Shown: one piece after another, positions 41,076 through 54,845 of the stretch
Layout: every line of letters starts with the position of its first letter
Numbering within the stretch: the stretch's first letter is position 1
Assembly: GCA_964016885.1 (NCBI GenBank)
Contig: OZ024743.1
Coordinates: forward strand, 156,674,001-156,738,000
Direction: 5' to 3'
Length of the DNA stretch: 64,000 bases
From: Eledone cirrhosa
Taxonomy: Eukaryota
The notes under the pieces: model-generated
What the model was told of the DNA's origin: nothing
Database searches by the model: none
Seen by the model: the letters and a program-made list of their open reading frames with translations, nothing else
Made by a program: the position numbers and the translations under genes

Positions 41076-41078
<3 letters not shown>

Positions 41079-41079
41079 T

Positions 41080-41574
<495 letters not shown>

Positions 41575-42093
41575 AAGAAGAAGAAGAATATGTTTATTAT
41601 CAATGCCGTTGTTAATGTTGTTGTTTTGTAAACGTCCTTTATGTTGCTTTCATATTAATGGTTTTTAATTTTATTGATATTCTTTTTATTCCATTCTAAA
41701 AAAAATTACTTTTACATTATTTCCACGAGATATTTTGCGGTGTCACCTGAAATTGGATCAATCTAAGAAAGTACTATGTAATTGGTTCCATTGTGATATA
41801 TTTTAGCTTAATTCTGCCATTAGTTAGATCAATAATGGTTAATTGCATTGCAGAAATATGTATTCTATTCCTAGACATAGAAATGCTATTATTCATAGAA
41901 AATGGGGTATATAAATACAACCAGAGAGAGTCAGGGCGTATCATACCGGGAACATGGGAAATAAATCAGAAGTACATATATACATAAAATATGTTTCAAA
42001 AATCTGACACACACATATTCATATTCATATTTAACTGTACATATTTATGTATATATATTTATGTATACGTATTTATCTGTATATATATATATA

Positions 42094-42400
42094 TACGATA
42101 TTAATAAATGGAAACTATATTTATAAAACCATATTTATTTCATTAAACATATTTCAGGGATACCAAATTAAATTATGGTATGCCTTCATCAAACAAAATA
42201 CATTTTGTATTTTGTCTGATGAAGGCATACCATAATTTAATTTGGTATCCCTGAAATATGTATAATGAAATAAATATGGTTTTATAAATATAGTTTCCAT
42301 TTATTAATATCGTATATCTACTCCAAATACTTGTCGAGTGCTTTATATCAGTTATAAAAATATTTACTTGTTGTATCCCAACAATTTTAGATAGTACTTT

Positions 42401-42402
<2 letters not shown>
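42094..42402. mobile_element. Family F fold-back HHR element (palindrome 42094-42314, tail 42315-42402)
   Basis: Centre 42204 (3-nt loop). The tail is the reverse complement of 9037-9124. Flanked by (AT)n. Confidence 0.88.
42208..42272 (+). ncRNA. Type I hammerhead ribozyme, family F, canonical core
   Basis: TATTTTGT-CTGATGA-AGG C ATACCA[10 nt]TGGTAT C CCT-GAAA TATGTA TA^ATGAAATA. Confidence 0.85.
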
Positions 42403-42459
<57 letters not shown>

Positions 42460-42461
42460 AA

Positions 42462-42584
<123 letters not shown>

Positions 42585-42654
42585 AATATATTTAAAACTG
42601 ATTTAAAACTGCACTATCCAAAAGTGTTTTTAACCTTCATATCATATCTTTCTA

Positions 42655-42722
42655 TTTTATCTGATGAAAACACAAATGTTATTGCATGATGATATTTGTG
42701 TTTTGAAATGCGCATAATAAAA
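42655..42722 (+). ncRNA. Type I hammerhead ribozyme, family H, in a solo ~170-bp pLTR fragment (42590-42760) between (AT)n tracts
   Basis: TTTTAT-CTGATGA-AAACACAAATGTTA..TGATATTTGTGTTT T-GAAA TGCGCA TA^ATAAAA. Palindromic stem III ATGCGCAT. Confidence 0.85.
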
Positions 42723-42756
42723 TACATGGAACTCTTTTAACCATGTTTTGATCTTA

Positions 42757-42844
<88 letters not shown>

Positions 42845-43451
42845 GTACACACACATGTGTATTTTCAATGTCAATTTTTTTACCAACGTGAATCTCTGTT
42901 TGGTGAGACCTGGTTTACTTCCTCTTTCATGCGACGTCACGCGTCACTAGGGAGCTTAATACTACTACCACGTGCCAGTGGTAGCTGACAGAGCTTAGAC
43001 AGAGAGGCTACCACCCGCTGACGAAACGGCTAACGCCAAATTACTTATTATATACTATCATTACCTAATATTCTGCACATGAACTTACCTTCCAGGGTAC
43101 GATCATCAGATCGAGCCCTTGAAAAATGATATAGCAGTCCAGGTAACGTATCATCTTACCCATACGAACAAGTTTCCCTCGCTGTTTAACGAATTTTAGT
43201 AAGAATGTAGCTTTCCATTGAGTGATTGAGGAAATGGCGGAAGTTACATCTATTTTATTCGACTTGCTTCGTCTCGTCATTGTATACATATATATATACA
43301 TATTTGTGTGTGTGTGTATGTGTGTGTGTGGTTGTGTGTGGGTGGGTGTGCGTGCGTGTGTGTGTAAAAGGTAAACAAAAATAACAACAGACTCGGTACA
43401 GTATATGGAAGGACTAAATTAGGTTAACGCTTTAAATAGAATGAAGAGTAT

Positions 43452-43486
43452 CGTAACGTTTCGGAAGCTAGTCCTTCATCAGAAGA
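43452..43486 (-). ncRNA. Minimal PLE-type hammerhead core, family I; stem I not evident
   Basis: Minus strand: CTGATGA-A GGA CTAGCT TCC-GAAACGTTA with palindrome AACGTT. The flanks do not pair, so it is probably decayed. Confidence 0.5.
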
Positions 43487-46192
43487 AAGAATGAGAAATT
43501 AGAAATATTGAAGGGACAGGTGGGGTGGAATTGGAAAAAATGAGTTTTTTTTTTATTTTTCAAAATGTAAAAAAAAAAGAGTTGTCCTACACGAGTGAAA
43601 GTATAAGGAAATCGAAAATGCAACTGGAGTCTTTTTAATAATATTTATTTGTTTCCTTTACCGGTTTCACAGTTCTTATGCTTTTCAAAAGTAGAATTGA
43701 GATGGAGGTTTTGTGGTTTTTTCTCGCATCTGGTTGCTGTTCGAATGTTACTTCTGTTTTATGTGGAAAAAAGTGGTTCGAAATGGTAGATTTTTTAGAA
43801 AAGTAATTTGGCTGCTTGATGACTGTCTCGTGAATAAGTATAATCAGTTTTGCGCCAGTTCGCGTTACACAGTTCTCATTATATTTGCATTTAAAGGGGG
43901 GGGGGTCAGATTGTTTTTTCAGATATGAGTGAAATTTGTTTGATTGATGAGGTCACGTGAATAAGCACATCAACTTTCGCGCCAGTTCTTTTCATTTAAA
44001 AAAGTGGCTCAAAATGTTGTAATTTGATTGGTTATGACTGTGCATAGGTACATTAAATGTCGCGCAAGTTCTTATTTGTCTCCCCCTTTTTTATTTTTTC
44101 TTACTAAATGTTATGTTTAAAATAAACATCTATGTATTGTGTGTGTAAAATAAATTTGCAAACTAAAGATCTCTTGTAATGTTAATAATACATCCGTTAA
44201 TGTATGGATGCATAGAAGTGCAAAATGTTCATACACTCTTTTTCACATCGCTTTTGCTATGCTTTGCCGTTCCTTTCCAATGTGCTCATAGTATGAAGGT
44301 ATGTCTTGCATGTATTAATGTTGAATCTTATAACAACATGTAAATGCCTGAGGATATGTAAACCGATGGATACCGACAGATACCTCGTGTATATCGTGGC
44401 ATGGCTCGCCGTTATACATTGAAACATATGTATAATTAAAATAATGTATAAGTTGATTATTCTCTCTCCAATAATAAAATAATAATTAGGTAAATCTTTT
44501 TAATCGTTTGGAAACCTCAACAATGCAAATGGGTAAATCTCCGAACAGCGGAGGACGCGTTTCGCACCTTTCTGACAGACAATCTTTCCCCCACCCCGGA
44601 AAAAAACCCCCAGTTGATGGATGTGAATCCGAAATATATAGGGACAATTAAATCTCTCCCAAGGTAACTCTCTCTCGTGTTGTTATTTTATTTTATCCTT
44701 TATGCTCTTTCCCTCATTCCTCTACACGTCTTATACACGCCACGCATTTCAACATACACCCACTTATATCTCTCTCTCCACCACCGGATCTTGTTACCCG
44801 CAGATTTACCCATTTGCATTGTCGAGGCTTCCAAACGATTAAAATAACGTACCATATTATTCCACAATGCTTCAAGCAAACTTCAATACTCTCTTAAAAT
44901 AATAATTATTATATTTATTATATATAGCATTTTGTGCCGTGCTTTTATCCATTAATATTTCTATGTGTACGTGTTTGTTTGTATATGTGTGTAGATAGGA
45001 ATGCATAGATATGTGTGTACACCCATACTATTCTTTATTCCTCTTTCTTTTCGTGTATATTGTATATTATATGGGTCATATATTCATTATAATTGGACAC
45101 TACCTAATTGTAAAGCTTGACAATTTAATCGATATTTCTGAATTTTTTATGATTAATTAAAATTTCTAGCTTCTTGCCATCAATTTATCTATTTTCCTAT
45201 TTATTTATTCGCTTAATTCTTTCGTCGGTATAAGCATTTGCGGTCACCGTGGTGACAGAGATTGACCTGCCAGACAATAGTGGGAGAGGCGCTGATATAC
45301 ATGCCCCCACCAGAATTTTAATTCAATACTATTCGTGACTAGAACCCAATAATATAGTAAAATATCTTATTCTTAATTGCAATGTTTGACCATTATATCT
45401 CATGAACCTTCGAGGTGGTGGGTTTTGATGTGTCAGGTAGGCTAGACTCAATAGTTCTAACTACTTATGAGAGTGGCGGATATCGGTGCGTATTTGATTA
45501 CTCCACCATTTCCACGCATGAGCACAACTATAGAGTGGAACTAAAGTTCACAAAAGAACGGATCTTAGTAGTGAAAACCTCATACATGTCATTTTACTTA
45601 TTTTTAGCGTGTATTGCATTCGAAACAACTTCATTTCATGAATGACGTCTGGGTTTAATTTTTATTTGCGTTGTTATTCTATAGGTTTCTAGTCTTAAAG
45701 GTTTCTATGCCATGCCGAGTTATACCCTGATGTACTGTTTTTTGTCGGATATGGTTTTTATTTTCCAATCAATGAACGCAACTTATTTTATCTTTGTTGC
45801 CACTTATGAAAAAAAGAAAAAACCGAAAACGCGACGTAAATCGTGTTTGAATATAAATGAGATGTCCATAGGATATTGTTTCGGTTTGTAATTGGATATA
45901 AAGAATATTCCCTTCTTGATGAATTGCTGGTCTGAATTAAAAAAACCGCATGGATATGAAGGGGAAACACTAATGTTTGACAAGATATGTATATGACGAC
46001 TCAGCGGCTACTATCTCGTGTGCGGTTCCGTAGAGTTTTGAGGATGCACTGTCATCCTTTATCGGATTGTCAGCCTCATATTCCGTGGTAATAATAAATA
46101 TTTGCTCTACGGGCTTATATATGGTATATCGAGTCCTCCTTGGATTTTAGGTTTTGCATATCTTATTATTTCTATATGCATATATATGTATT

Positions 46193-46342
<150 letters not shown>

Positions 46343-46566
46343 TGTGTGTGTGTGTGTGTATAGAAGATATAGCACAATAGCTAGTTCACGATACTGAGAA
46401 CAATTTTTTCACCTTAGCGGATCCTCAGATCGTAATGGTCATTACTTCTACCTCACTCGTGCCATGGACTGAGTGCTCTACCACTACGGATATTACCTTC
46501 CAATGTTCTACACCCCTCTCTCTCTCTCTATCGCTCTCTCTCACTCTCTCTCTCTCTCTACCTCTC

Positions 46567-46639
<73 letters not shown>

Positions 46640-46642
<3 letters not shown>

Positions 46643-47495
46643 AGTATGTATGTATACGTATATATATATATATACATACATACAGGTACACATACATATA
46701 TGTACGTATCAGTTTAGCGGACGTGCCAGGTGCGCCTGGCCGACTGAACTCACTCGATATGCAAATTAGGCTGCTCAGCCGTTAATTTTCATAAGGAAAG
46801 TATATACTTTCGAACGTTCAACCATTTGGCAGAAGGTTATACGGTGCTGACGATAGCTAACAAGCTTGAAACTAGTACATCGTTCCTGTGTCAGTGTTGA
46901 ACAAAAAAGGTGACGTGGTTGCCTTAACACCGTACGGCATAAATTCAGGCTGTCAGTTTGTTTACAAACGGACAAAGCGGGCGTTATAATAAGCGTCCGC
47001 TAAACTGATACGTACATATATGTATGTGTACCTGTATGTATATATATATATATATATATATGCATGCTACTGTACGTCTGTATACATATATGTATGTACG
47101 TATACATACATATTTACATTTAAGTAAGTGCCGTATAAAAGAGTGAGAAATGAAATTTCGTTTTCATTTTATTACAACTTATCGTTTTCGGTGCGCCTGG
47201 CCGACTGGACTCACTCGATATGCAAATTAGGCTGCTCAGCCGTTAATATTCATGAGGAAAGTATATACTTTCGAACGTTCAACCATCTGGTAGAAGGGTA
47301 TACGGTGCTGATGATAGCTAACAAGCTTGAAACAAGTAGATCGTTCCTGTGTCAGTGTTGAACAAAAAAGGTGACGTGGTTGCCTTAACACCGTACGGCA
47401 TAAATTCAGGCTGTCAGTTTGTTTACAAACAGACACAGCGGGCGTTATAATAAGCGTCCGCTAAACTGATACGTACATATATGTATGTGTACCTG

Positions 47496-47551
<56 letters not shown>

Positions 47552-47981
47552 TGCTACTGTACGTCTTTATACATATATGTATGTACGTTTACATACATAC
47601 TTACATTTAAGTAAGTGCCGTAATAAGAGTGAGAAATGAAATTTCGTTTTCATTTTATTACAACTTATCGTTTTCGGTGCGCCTGGCCGACTGAACTCAC
47701 TCGATATGCAAATTAGGCTGCTCAGCCGTTAATTTTCATAAGGAAAGTATATACTTTCGAACGTTCAACCATTTTGCAGAAGGTTATACGGTGCTGATGA
47801 TAGCTAACAAGCTTGAAACTAGTACATCGTTCCTGTGTCAGTGTTGAACAAAAAAGGTGACGTGGTTGCCTTAACACCGTACGGCATAAATTCAGGCTGT
47901 CAGTTTGTTTACAAACGGACAAAGCGGGCGTTATAATAAGCGTCCGCTAAACTGATACGTACATATATGTATGTGTACCTG

Positions 47982-48044
<63 letters not shown>

Positions 48045-48473
48045 GCTACTGTACGTCGTTATACATATATGTATGTACGTATACATACATACTTACATTT
48101 ACGTAAGTGCCATACTAAGAGTGAGAAATGAAATTTCGTTTTCGTTTTATTACAACTTATCGTTTTCGGTGCGCCTGGCCGACTGAACTCACTTGATATG
48201 CAAATTAGGCTGCTTAGCCGTTAATTTTCATAAGGAAAGTATATACTTTCGAACGTTCAACCATCTGGCAGAAGGGTATACGGTGCTGATGATAGCTAAC
48301 CAGCTTGAGACAAGTACATCGTTCCTGTGTCAGTGTTGAACAAAAAAGGTGACTTGGTTGCCTTAACACCGTACGGCATAAATTGAGGCTGTCAGTCTGT
48401 TTACAAACGGACAAAGCGGGCGTTATAATAAGCGTCCGCTAAACTGATACGTACATATATGTATGTGTACCTG

Positions 48474-48537
<64 letters not shown>

Positions 48538-48651
48538 TGCTACTGTACGTCTGTATACATATATGTATGTACGTATACATACATACTTACATTTAAGTAA
48601 GTGCCGTACTAAGAGTGAGAAATGAAATTTCGTTTTCCTTTTATTTCAACT

Positions 48652-48652
<1 letters not shown>
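46640..48652 (+). repeat. Family B tandem array: ~4 units of 461-492 bp, one HHR and one internal (AT)n per unit, with a short inverted piece at the 5' end (46640-46722)
   Basis: HHRs at 46842-46882, 47303-47343, 47789-47829 and 48281-48321 (spacings 461, 486, 492; the repeated 66-aa minus ORFs show the same spacings). Length differences come from the (AT)n. Confidence 0.93.
46842..46882 (+). ncRNA. Minimal type I hammerhead ribozyme, family B (intact; 47789-47829 also intact)
   Basis: CGGTG-CTGACGA-T AGCT AACA AGCT T-GAAAC TA GTA^CATCG. Palindromic stem III ACTAGT. Confidence 0.85.
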
Positions 48653-48684
<32 letters not shown>

Positions 48685-48811
48685 GTATATATATATATGT
48701 ATATATATATATGCAGCTGTATGCATATAGAAATAATAAGACATAAAAAACCTAAAATCCAAGGATGACTCTATATAGCATATATAAGCCCATAGATCTA
48801 ATAGTATATAT

Positions 48812-48998
48812 GGGGCGACGGAATGGGGGTATCGGTAGAGGGACGGACGCCATGCTTTCCAGCATAGTTACATCCCTTTACGATCAGACTTCAAATCCCG
48901 CTGAGGTTGACTTTGCCTTTCATCCTTACGATGTCGATAAAATAATGTACCAGTAATGCACTGGAGAAAATTTCTGGCCTTGTGCCTAAAGTAGAAAC

Positions 48999-49040
<42 letters not shown>

Positions 49041-49092
49041 GTTTCTACTTTAGCCACAAGGCCAGTGCATTACTGGTACATTATTTTATCGA
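48812..49092 (+). mobile_element. SINE copy (48812-49002), then (AT)n, then an inverted partial copy of its own tail (49037-49092)
   Basis: Same SINE motifs as 21320-21510. AATTGTTTCTACTTTAG.CACAAGGCCAG is the reverse complement of the SINE end. Confidence 0.8.
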
Positions 49093-49131
49093 ATCGAATG
49101 TTATTAATATTCGAAAAACTCATATTACATT

Positions 49132-49165
<34 letters not shown>

Positions 49166-49467
49166 TGTAATATGAGTTTTTTGAATATTAATAATAACAT
49201 TCGATTCGTTAGAATTATGCAAACGAGACTCATTTTTAAAGCCATGTTAGTAGAATGAAACCTTCATTCTTGCTCTTGTGTTGGCATATAAAAAGAACTG
49301 CAGACACTAATGTTTCTGGGTATCATTCCTCTGACACGGCTTTAAAAATGAGGCCCGTTTGCATAATTGCAAACGAATTGAATGTTAATATTAATATTCA
49401 AAAAAACTTAGATTACATTTATTGTCTTCAGCAATGTAGAGCGAACTTTTTTTCTTTAATATATACA

Positions 49468-49574
<107 letters not shown>

Positions 49575-49599
49575 GTATATATATATATATACATATATG

Positions 49600-49677
<78 letters not shown>

Positions 49678-50461
49678 AATATGTAGTAATATGAAATACG
49701 TTCCTTCACGCACAAGGCGCCAAGGTACGCTTGTATTGTCCAACCAAATGCCAGTGTGGTTCAATGGCGGGTTAATAAATTAACGAGCCCGAACAAATAT
49801 AAACAAAGTTTAGCAAATAATGAAAAAGTTTGAAAATAAATTTTAAAAAATTGACTTTACCTACTATAGTTACCTTTAGCGAGGACACTGGAAACTTATT
49901 AAAAAATAATTCATTTATAATTTTCTTATTTTACGTCTCTTATATTATTGTTCTGCAACCCCATGCATTGAACCACACTGTTATTAAGACAACACCTATA
50001 TATTTGCTAGCATTGATATGCATCTGTATGTATATATATGTTACTAGATATGAATTCTTTATTATTATCTCCAAATTATTTGTCGAGCAATATTGGCCAT
50101 GACTGCTGCTACGGTTGTAGGCAGGCCGCTGTTTTATTAGCAAACCACTTTCCACTGATTGACCTCGATGTCACGTGTTCGATTCTTTTTGAATTTGCCA
50201 CAGACGTAGATGCAGTGATTTTCTCAATGGCTTGGAATTCAGTCCACGCTTTGCTACTTCCTATCCACTGATTTATTTTTTAATAAGTTTCCAGTGTCCT
50301 CGCTTTGCCTGGAAACTTACATGAGAATCGACTTTCCTGACGACGGAATGCTTCTCGATATTATTCTTCGGAAAATATATTTACTCCATTCCAGAAACTA
50401 ATTAGTTGGAAGTGATATTTTAGTAAGTAAGTTAATTTTATAATTTTCTTATTTTACGTCT

Positions 50462-50539
<78 letters not shown>

Positions 50540-50541
<2 letters not shown>

Positions 50542-52565
50542 GTAGGAGGTGAGTTTTATTGTAGTACAATAAAGCAATGCAGATATCGGATAAGAAGCAC
50601 TCTACAGTTTGTGAGACTGGAGTATGCATAATATAAGATCAAAAGATGGTTAAAGGAGTTCCATATATTTTATTATGCGCATTTCAAAAACAAACATCAT
50701 CAAGCAATAATATTTGTGTTTTCATCAGATAAAACAGGAGAACATGATATGAAGTCTAAAAAACACTTGTGGATAGTGCAGTTTTAAATCAACATATGAA
50801 AAGTGGTTTTAGATTGATGTGTGATATTGGGAAAAATATTTTATTTAGAGAGGGGGGGGGGGAAAGGATGAAAAGGGAAGGAGATGAGAGGGAGAGATGG
50901 GTGATAGAGAGAAAGAGATAGTTTTTATAACTGAGAGGAGATATATTTTTTACATAGAGGGGTTGAAAACCGTTGGAAGATACTGTATAAATTAAAAATT
51001 TTGAAAATTAACGAAGGGAGGATATGTGCGAGGAAAAAATATTTTATTTAGGGAGGGTGGGGTGGAAAGGATGAAAAAAAGGGGGAGGAGATGAGAGTGA
51101 AGGTGGAGAGGGAGAGATGGGTGATAGAGAGAAAGAGATAGTTTTTATAACTGAGAAAAAGATATATTGTTTTAATATAGAGAGGTTGGGAACCGTTGGA
51201 AGATAATGTATAAATTAAAGGAATTTGAAAATTAACGAAGGGAAATTATGTATGAAGATAGAGAGAAAAAAATAATAATTGTGGGTGAATATTCTAACGT
51301 CAAAAGAAGAAATGTATGTATTGTGGCAATTTCAAAATTAGCGAAGAGAAAAATTGTTAAGGTTTGTGTGTAGAAGGATTTGAGAAAAATAATGTGAAGT
51401 TAAAGTTTGTATATTGAATTGATAATATGTGCGAATAAAGAGTTGATATGTATTAATAATGAGTTCGTTGATGGGGAGAAAAAAAAGATAATAATAAATT
51501 AAGGATGAAATTGAGATTAAAAAGATTTATGATAGAGAGAAAAAATAATAATGATTGCGGATGAATATTCAAAATGTCAAAAACAAATGTTATTATTTTA
51601 CGAGAAGATAGAATGAGGGTAATGAGTAAACGAGTATTATAGAGTGTATAATGCCCTTTAAAAGTAAGGTAGATGGGTATATTTTAAAGAGGTGTATGTA
51701 TATGTGCCTTTTAGAAAAGATTCTAAATTGATAAAGAATTGAATATTAACTGTATACTTTGTGAAAAGTTCTATGGAATTTATGCAGGCAGATAGAAAAC
51801 AAATCTGAGCGTCTATTTATTATAGAATCTAGGTTAGAGATAATGGTAAATTTTTCACTTAGGCAGAGATTACAGATTGCCACAATACATACATTTCTTC
51901 TTTTGACGTTAGAATATTCACCCACAATTATTATTTTTTTCTCTCTATCTTCATACATAATTTCCCTTCGTTAATTTTCAAATTCCTTTAATTTATACAT
52001 TATCTTCCAACGGTTCCCAACCTCTCTATATTAAAACAATATATCTTTTTCTCAGTTATAAAAACTATCTCTTTCTCTCTATCACCCATCTCTCCCTCTC
52101 CACCTTCACTCTCATCTCCTCCCCCTTTTTTTCATCCTTTCCACCCCACCCTCCCTAAATAAAATATTTTTTCCTCGCACATATCCTCCCTTCGTTCATT
52201 TTCAAAATTTTTAATTTATACAGTATCTTCCAACGGTTTTCAACCCCTCTATGTAAAAAATATATCTCCTCTCAGTTATAAAAACTATCTCTTTCTCTCT
52301 ATCACCCATCTCTCCCTCTCATCTCCTTCCCTTTTCATCCTCCCCCCTCTCTCTAAATAAAATATTTTTCCCAATATCACACATCAATCTAAAACCACTT
52401 TTCATATGTTGATTTAAAACTGCACTATCCACAAGTGTTTTTTAGCCTTCATATCATGTTCTCCTGTTTTATCTGATGAAAACACAAATATTATTGCTTG
52501 ATGATGTTTGTTTTTGAAATGCGCATAATAAAATTTATGGAACTCCTTTAACCATCTTTTGATCT

Positions 52566-52573
<8 letters not shown>
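50540..52573 (-). mobile_element. 5'-truncated Penelope-like element, family H, with ~700-bp inverted arms (50628-51330 / 51876-52573)
   Basis: Minus 51746-51880 reads CNLCLSEKFTII.....INRRSDLFSICLH (GIY-YIG C-terminus). HHRs at 50668-50734 (-) and 52467-52533 (+). The arms are near-identical reverse complements. (AT)n on both sides. Confidence 0.88.
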
Positions 52574-52607
<34 letters not shown>

Positions 52608-53021
52608 ATATATATACAATTTTTTAACCTATCCTGCTGTCCGTGTATAAGTATACATGTTGATGGATTGCCTCATGCATGCGTTGATATTAGTCTTTTT
52701 TGTTTTATTGCATCATGGTGGAACGATGAGGGATGACAATCCTTCCCTCAATATGTATGTATATTTAATCTCATATCTTACAGAAACCCTCCTATCACTA
52801 ATTGGTTTGGTAATGATGGCCATATCATTCCATTGATGTATTCTTTAATTTAGAAACTGTAATCAAATTGCAGTCAGGGAATTTTGGTCAGGATCCTTAT
52901 ATTTTGGTTGCTTGAATGTGGGTATATCCTGAAGGAATGATGCTTGTGAAGGGTTATTTTGAATACTTTACTTGGTTGTAATAAAGGAATGGCATTAACT
53001 GGACGGATGTATCGTTGTCAC

Positions 53022-54460
53022 AACTTGACAACCGCACCCGCCTACAAGCCCACAAAGATGGCCTCAAGTGTCATTAGGGAGTCATCTGCTATTGATATAA
53101 CACCAAATCAGCAGGCTGTCCCGCCATTAAATTTCTAAAGTGAATTTTCCAGTCCAGCCTTTTGTTGTTATTTTAAGAAATACTTTTAAAACGGAGCAAG
53201 GTATTCATTAAAACAATATATTATTATTATGATACTAAGCTGCATATACTATAATATTCAGTGACCCCTATATTCAGTAAAAGCAGCAGATTTAATTTGA
53301 CCATCATTTGATTTATTTTAATTTGAACTTTTGAAATAACTTCAGCTATACACTTACATCTTCTACCTAAGTATGACTATATTGAACAACTTTCTCTTAA
53401 TTTATAGCACCATGCGGCAACTAAGATTATGTAATATGCAACCTGTATATCTATCATCTTATAATTTGTGTCGATATTATGGGTGTTTGGGAGGTACTTT
53501 AATCCATCGACCAACAACGTGTAGTCTTTTTAGTAACGCACTGTTCAGACAAACTGTGTTATACATCTCGTGTACTTGGAATTGATTAACTAATCAATTT
53601 TCCCCTCCCTTAAATTGTTTAATATACTCGGTCACTAGTAACCTATTTACTTTGGACTTCGCATTGAAAAGCTGTACTACGTGGCTGGTTGAAAATAAAC
53701 CACACCAAATTTAACCTTCAACGCAAGAGCACATATATACGCACGACATAGCATGACAACCCTTTATTTCCTCCGATAAAGTACGTTCGTAAACAAATTA
53801 CTGGCTCTTTTAAAATGTATTTAACATAACTTTAGCACATAATGTTTGCAAATTCAACTAAACTTTATTGTTTTGAGGATTCCTTAATGTTATCATTATT
53901 CTTGCAACCTTCCATCCTTTATGAGATTTTGTATATGGTTATATCTTATGAATAACCCTATTCTTGTCCCTAATTATCTTTTATTTATCTTTACAATTTA
54001 CTTAGTTCTGTTCATCGTTAAATACCGTCATCGTTGACAGACTTGTCTGAATGACGTCCAATAGATTAACAACATTTGATCTCTACGGCAGAAAAGCACT
54101 GGGTGTAATGAATGAATAGCAATCTCTGGACTGACGTATCACTGACACTACTTGACAACCGCTACCTCATGGTCCACGTCCACCAGCCCACAAATCTGGC
54201 ATCAATGGTCATTAGGGGACTGTCTCTTATCGATATAACACCAAATTAGCCCCAAATTTTCCATTTTCTATCTTCTATTTTTCTTTCTTCTATCTTCCAT
54301 TCTATGTAGTTCTGTTACATAATTCTGCAATTAACACATGATGAAATCGTCTAATCAGGCATCTTAATTGGACGATAGAACTGGGCCATCGAAATATGAG
54401 TATAGCTTTCGCCGTATAACATTTCTGAAGTAACTTTTCCAGTCCCACCTTCTGTTGTTA
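53022..54460. repeat. Diverged direct duplication (53022-53180 vs 54150-54460), probably old LINE debris
   Basis: Shared ACTTGACAACCGC..GCCCACAAA.TGGC.TCAA..GTCATTAGGG..GATATAACACCAAAT and TTTTCCAGTCC..CT..TGTTGTTAT. Confidence 0.55.
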
Positions 54461-54658
54461 TGAATACTTTATCCGTTCCTGTCCCATCTACCGGATACCA
54501 CATCTATGTTGGTTGATTTGTATAACATTGAGTGCTTTAAATAATTTGTTGCATCATTGTCTACCAACGTGATCTGATACTACAGCGAAGACATAACACG
54601 GAGAAATCGAAGAACGTGCGTTCCATTAAGCAAACTCAACTTATTCATCTTATATAAT

Positions 54659-54845
54659 AATTGTTTCTACTTTAGGCACAAGGCCAGCAATTTACAATGC
54701 ATTACTAGTACTTTATTTTATCGACCCCGTAAGGATGAAAGGCAAAGTCAACCTCGGCGGGATTTGAACTCAGATCGTAAAGGGTCGTAACTATGGCGGA
54801 AAGCATGGCGTCCGACCCTCTACCGATACTGCCAATCCACCGCCT
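54659..54845 (-). mobile_element. tRNA-derived SINE, full length
   Basis: Reverse complement of the 21320-21510 SINE with intact B box (GAGTTCAAATCCC on minus). Confidence 0.88.

Noticed and set aside
42960-43040. HHR with a GTGGTAGC/GCTACCAC stem and GAAACGGCTA
   Set aside because: The CUGANGA core is missing, so it is not called; noted only as related to 55250-55361.
44498-44843. HHR at GGACGCGTTTCG (44555-44566; GAAACGCGTC on minus) inside a 43-bp inverted repeat pair
   Set aside because: No CUGANGA core at a suitable distance; at most a truncated PLE remnant.
46640-48652. Repeat array as a CRISPR locus or as a tandem family of 66-77 aa genes
   Set aside because: Whole units repeat with no unique spacers and no cas genes. 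The ORFs occur on both strands, are broken in some copies and match no known motif.
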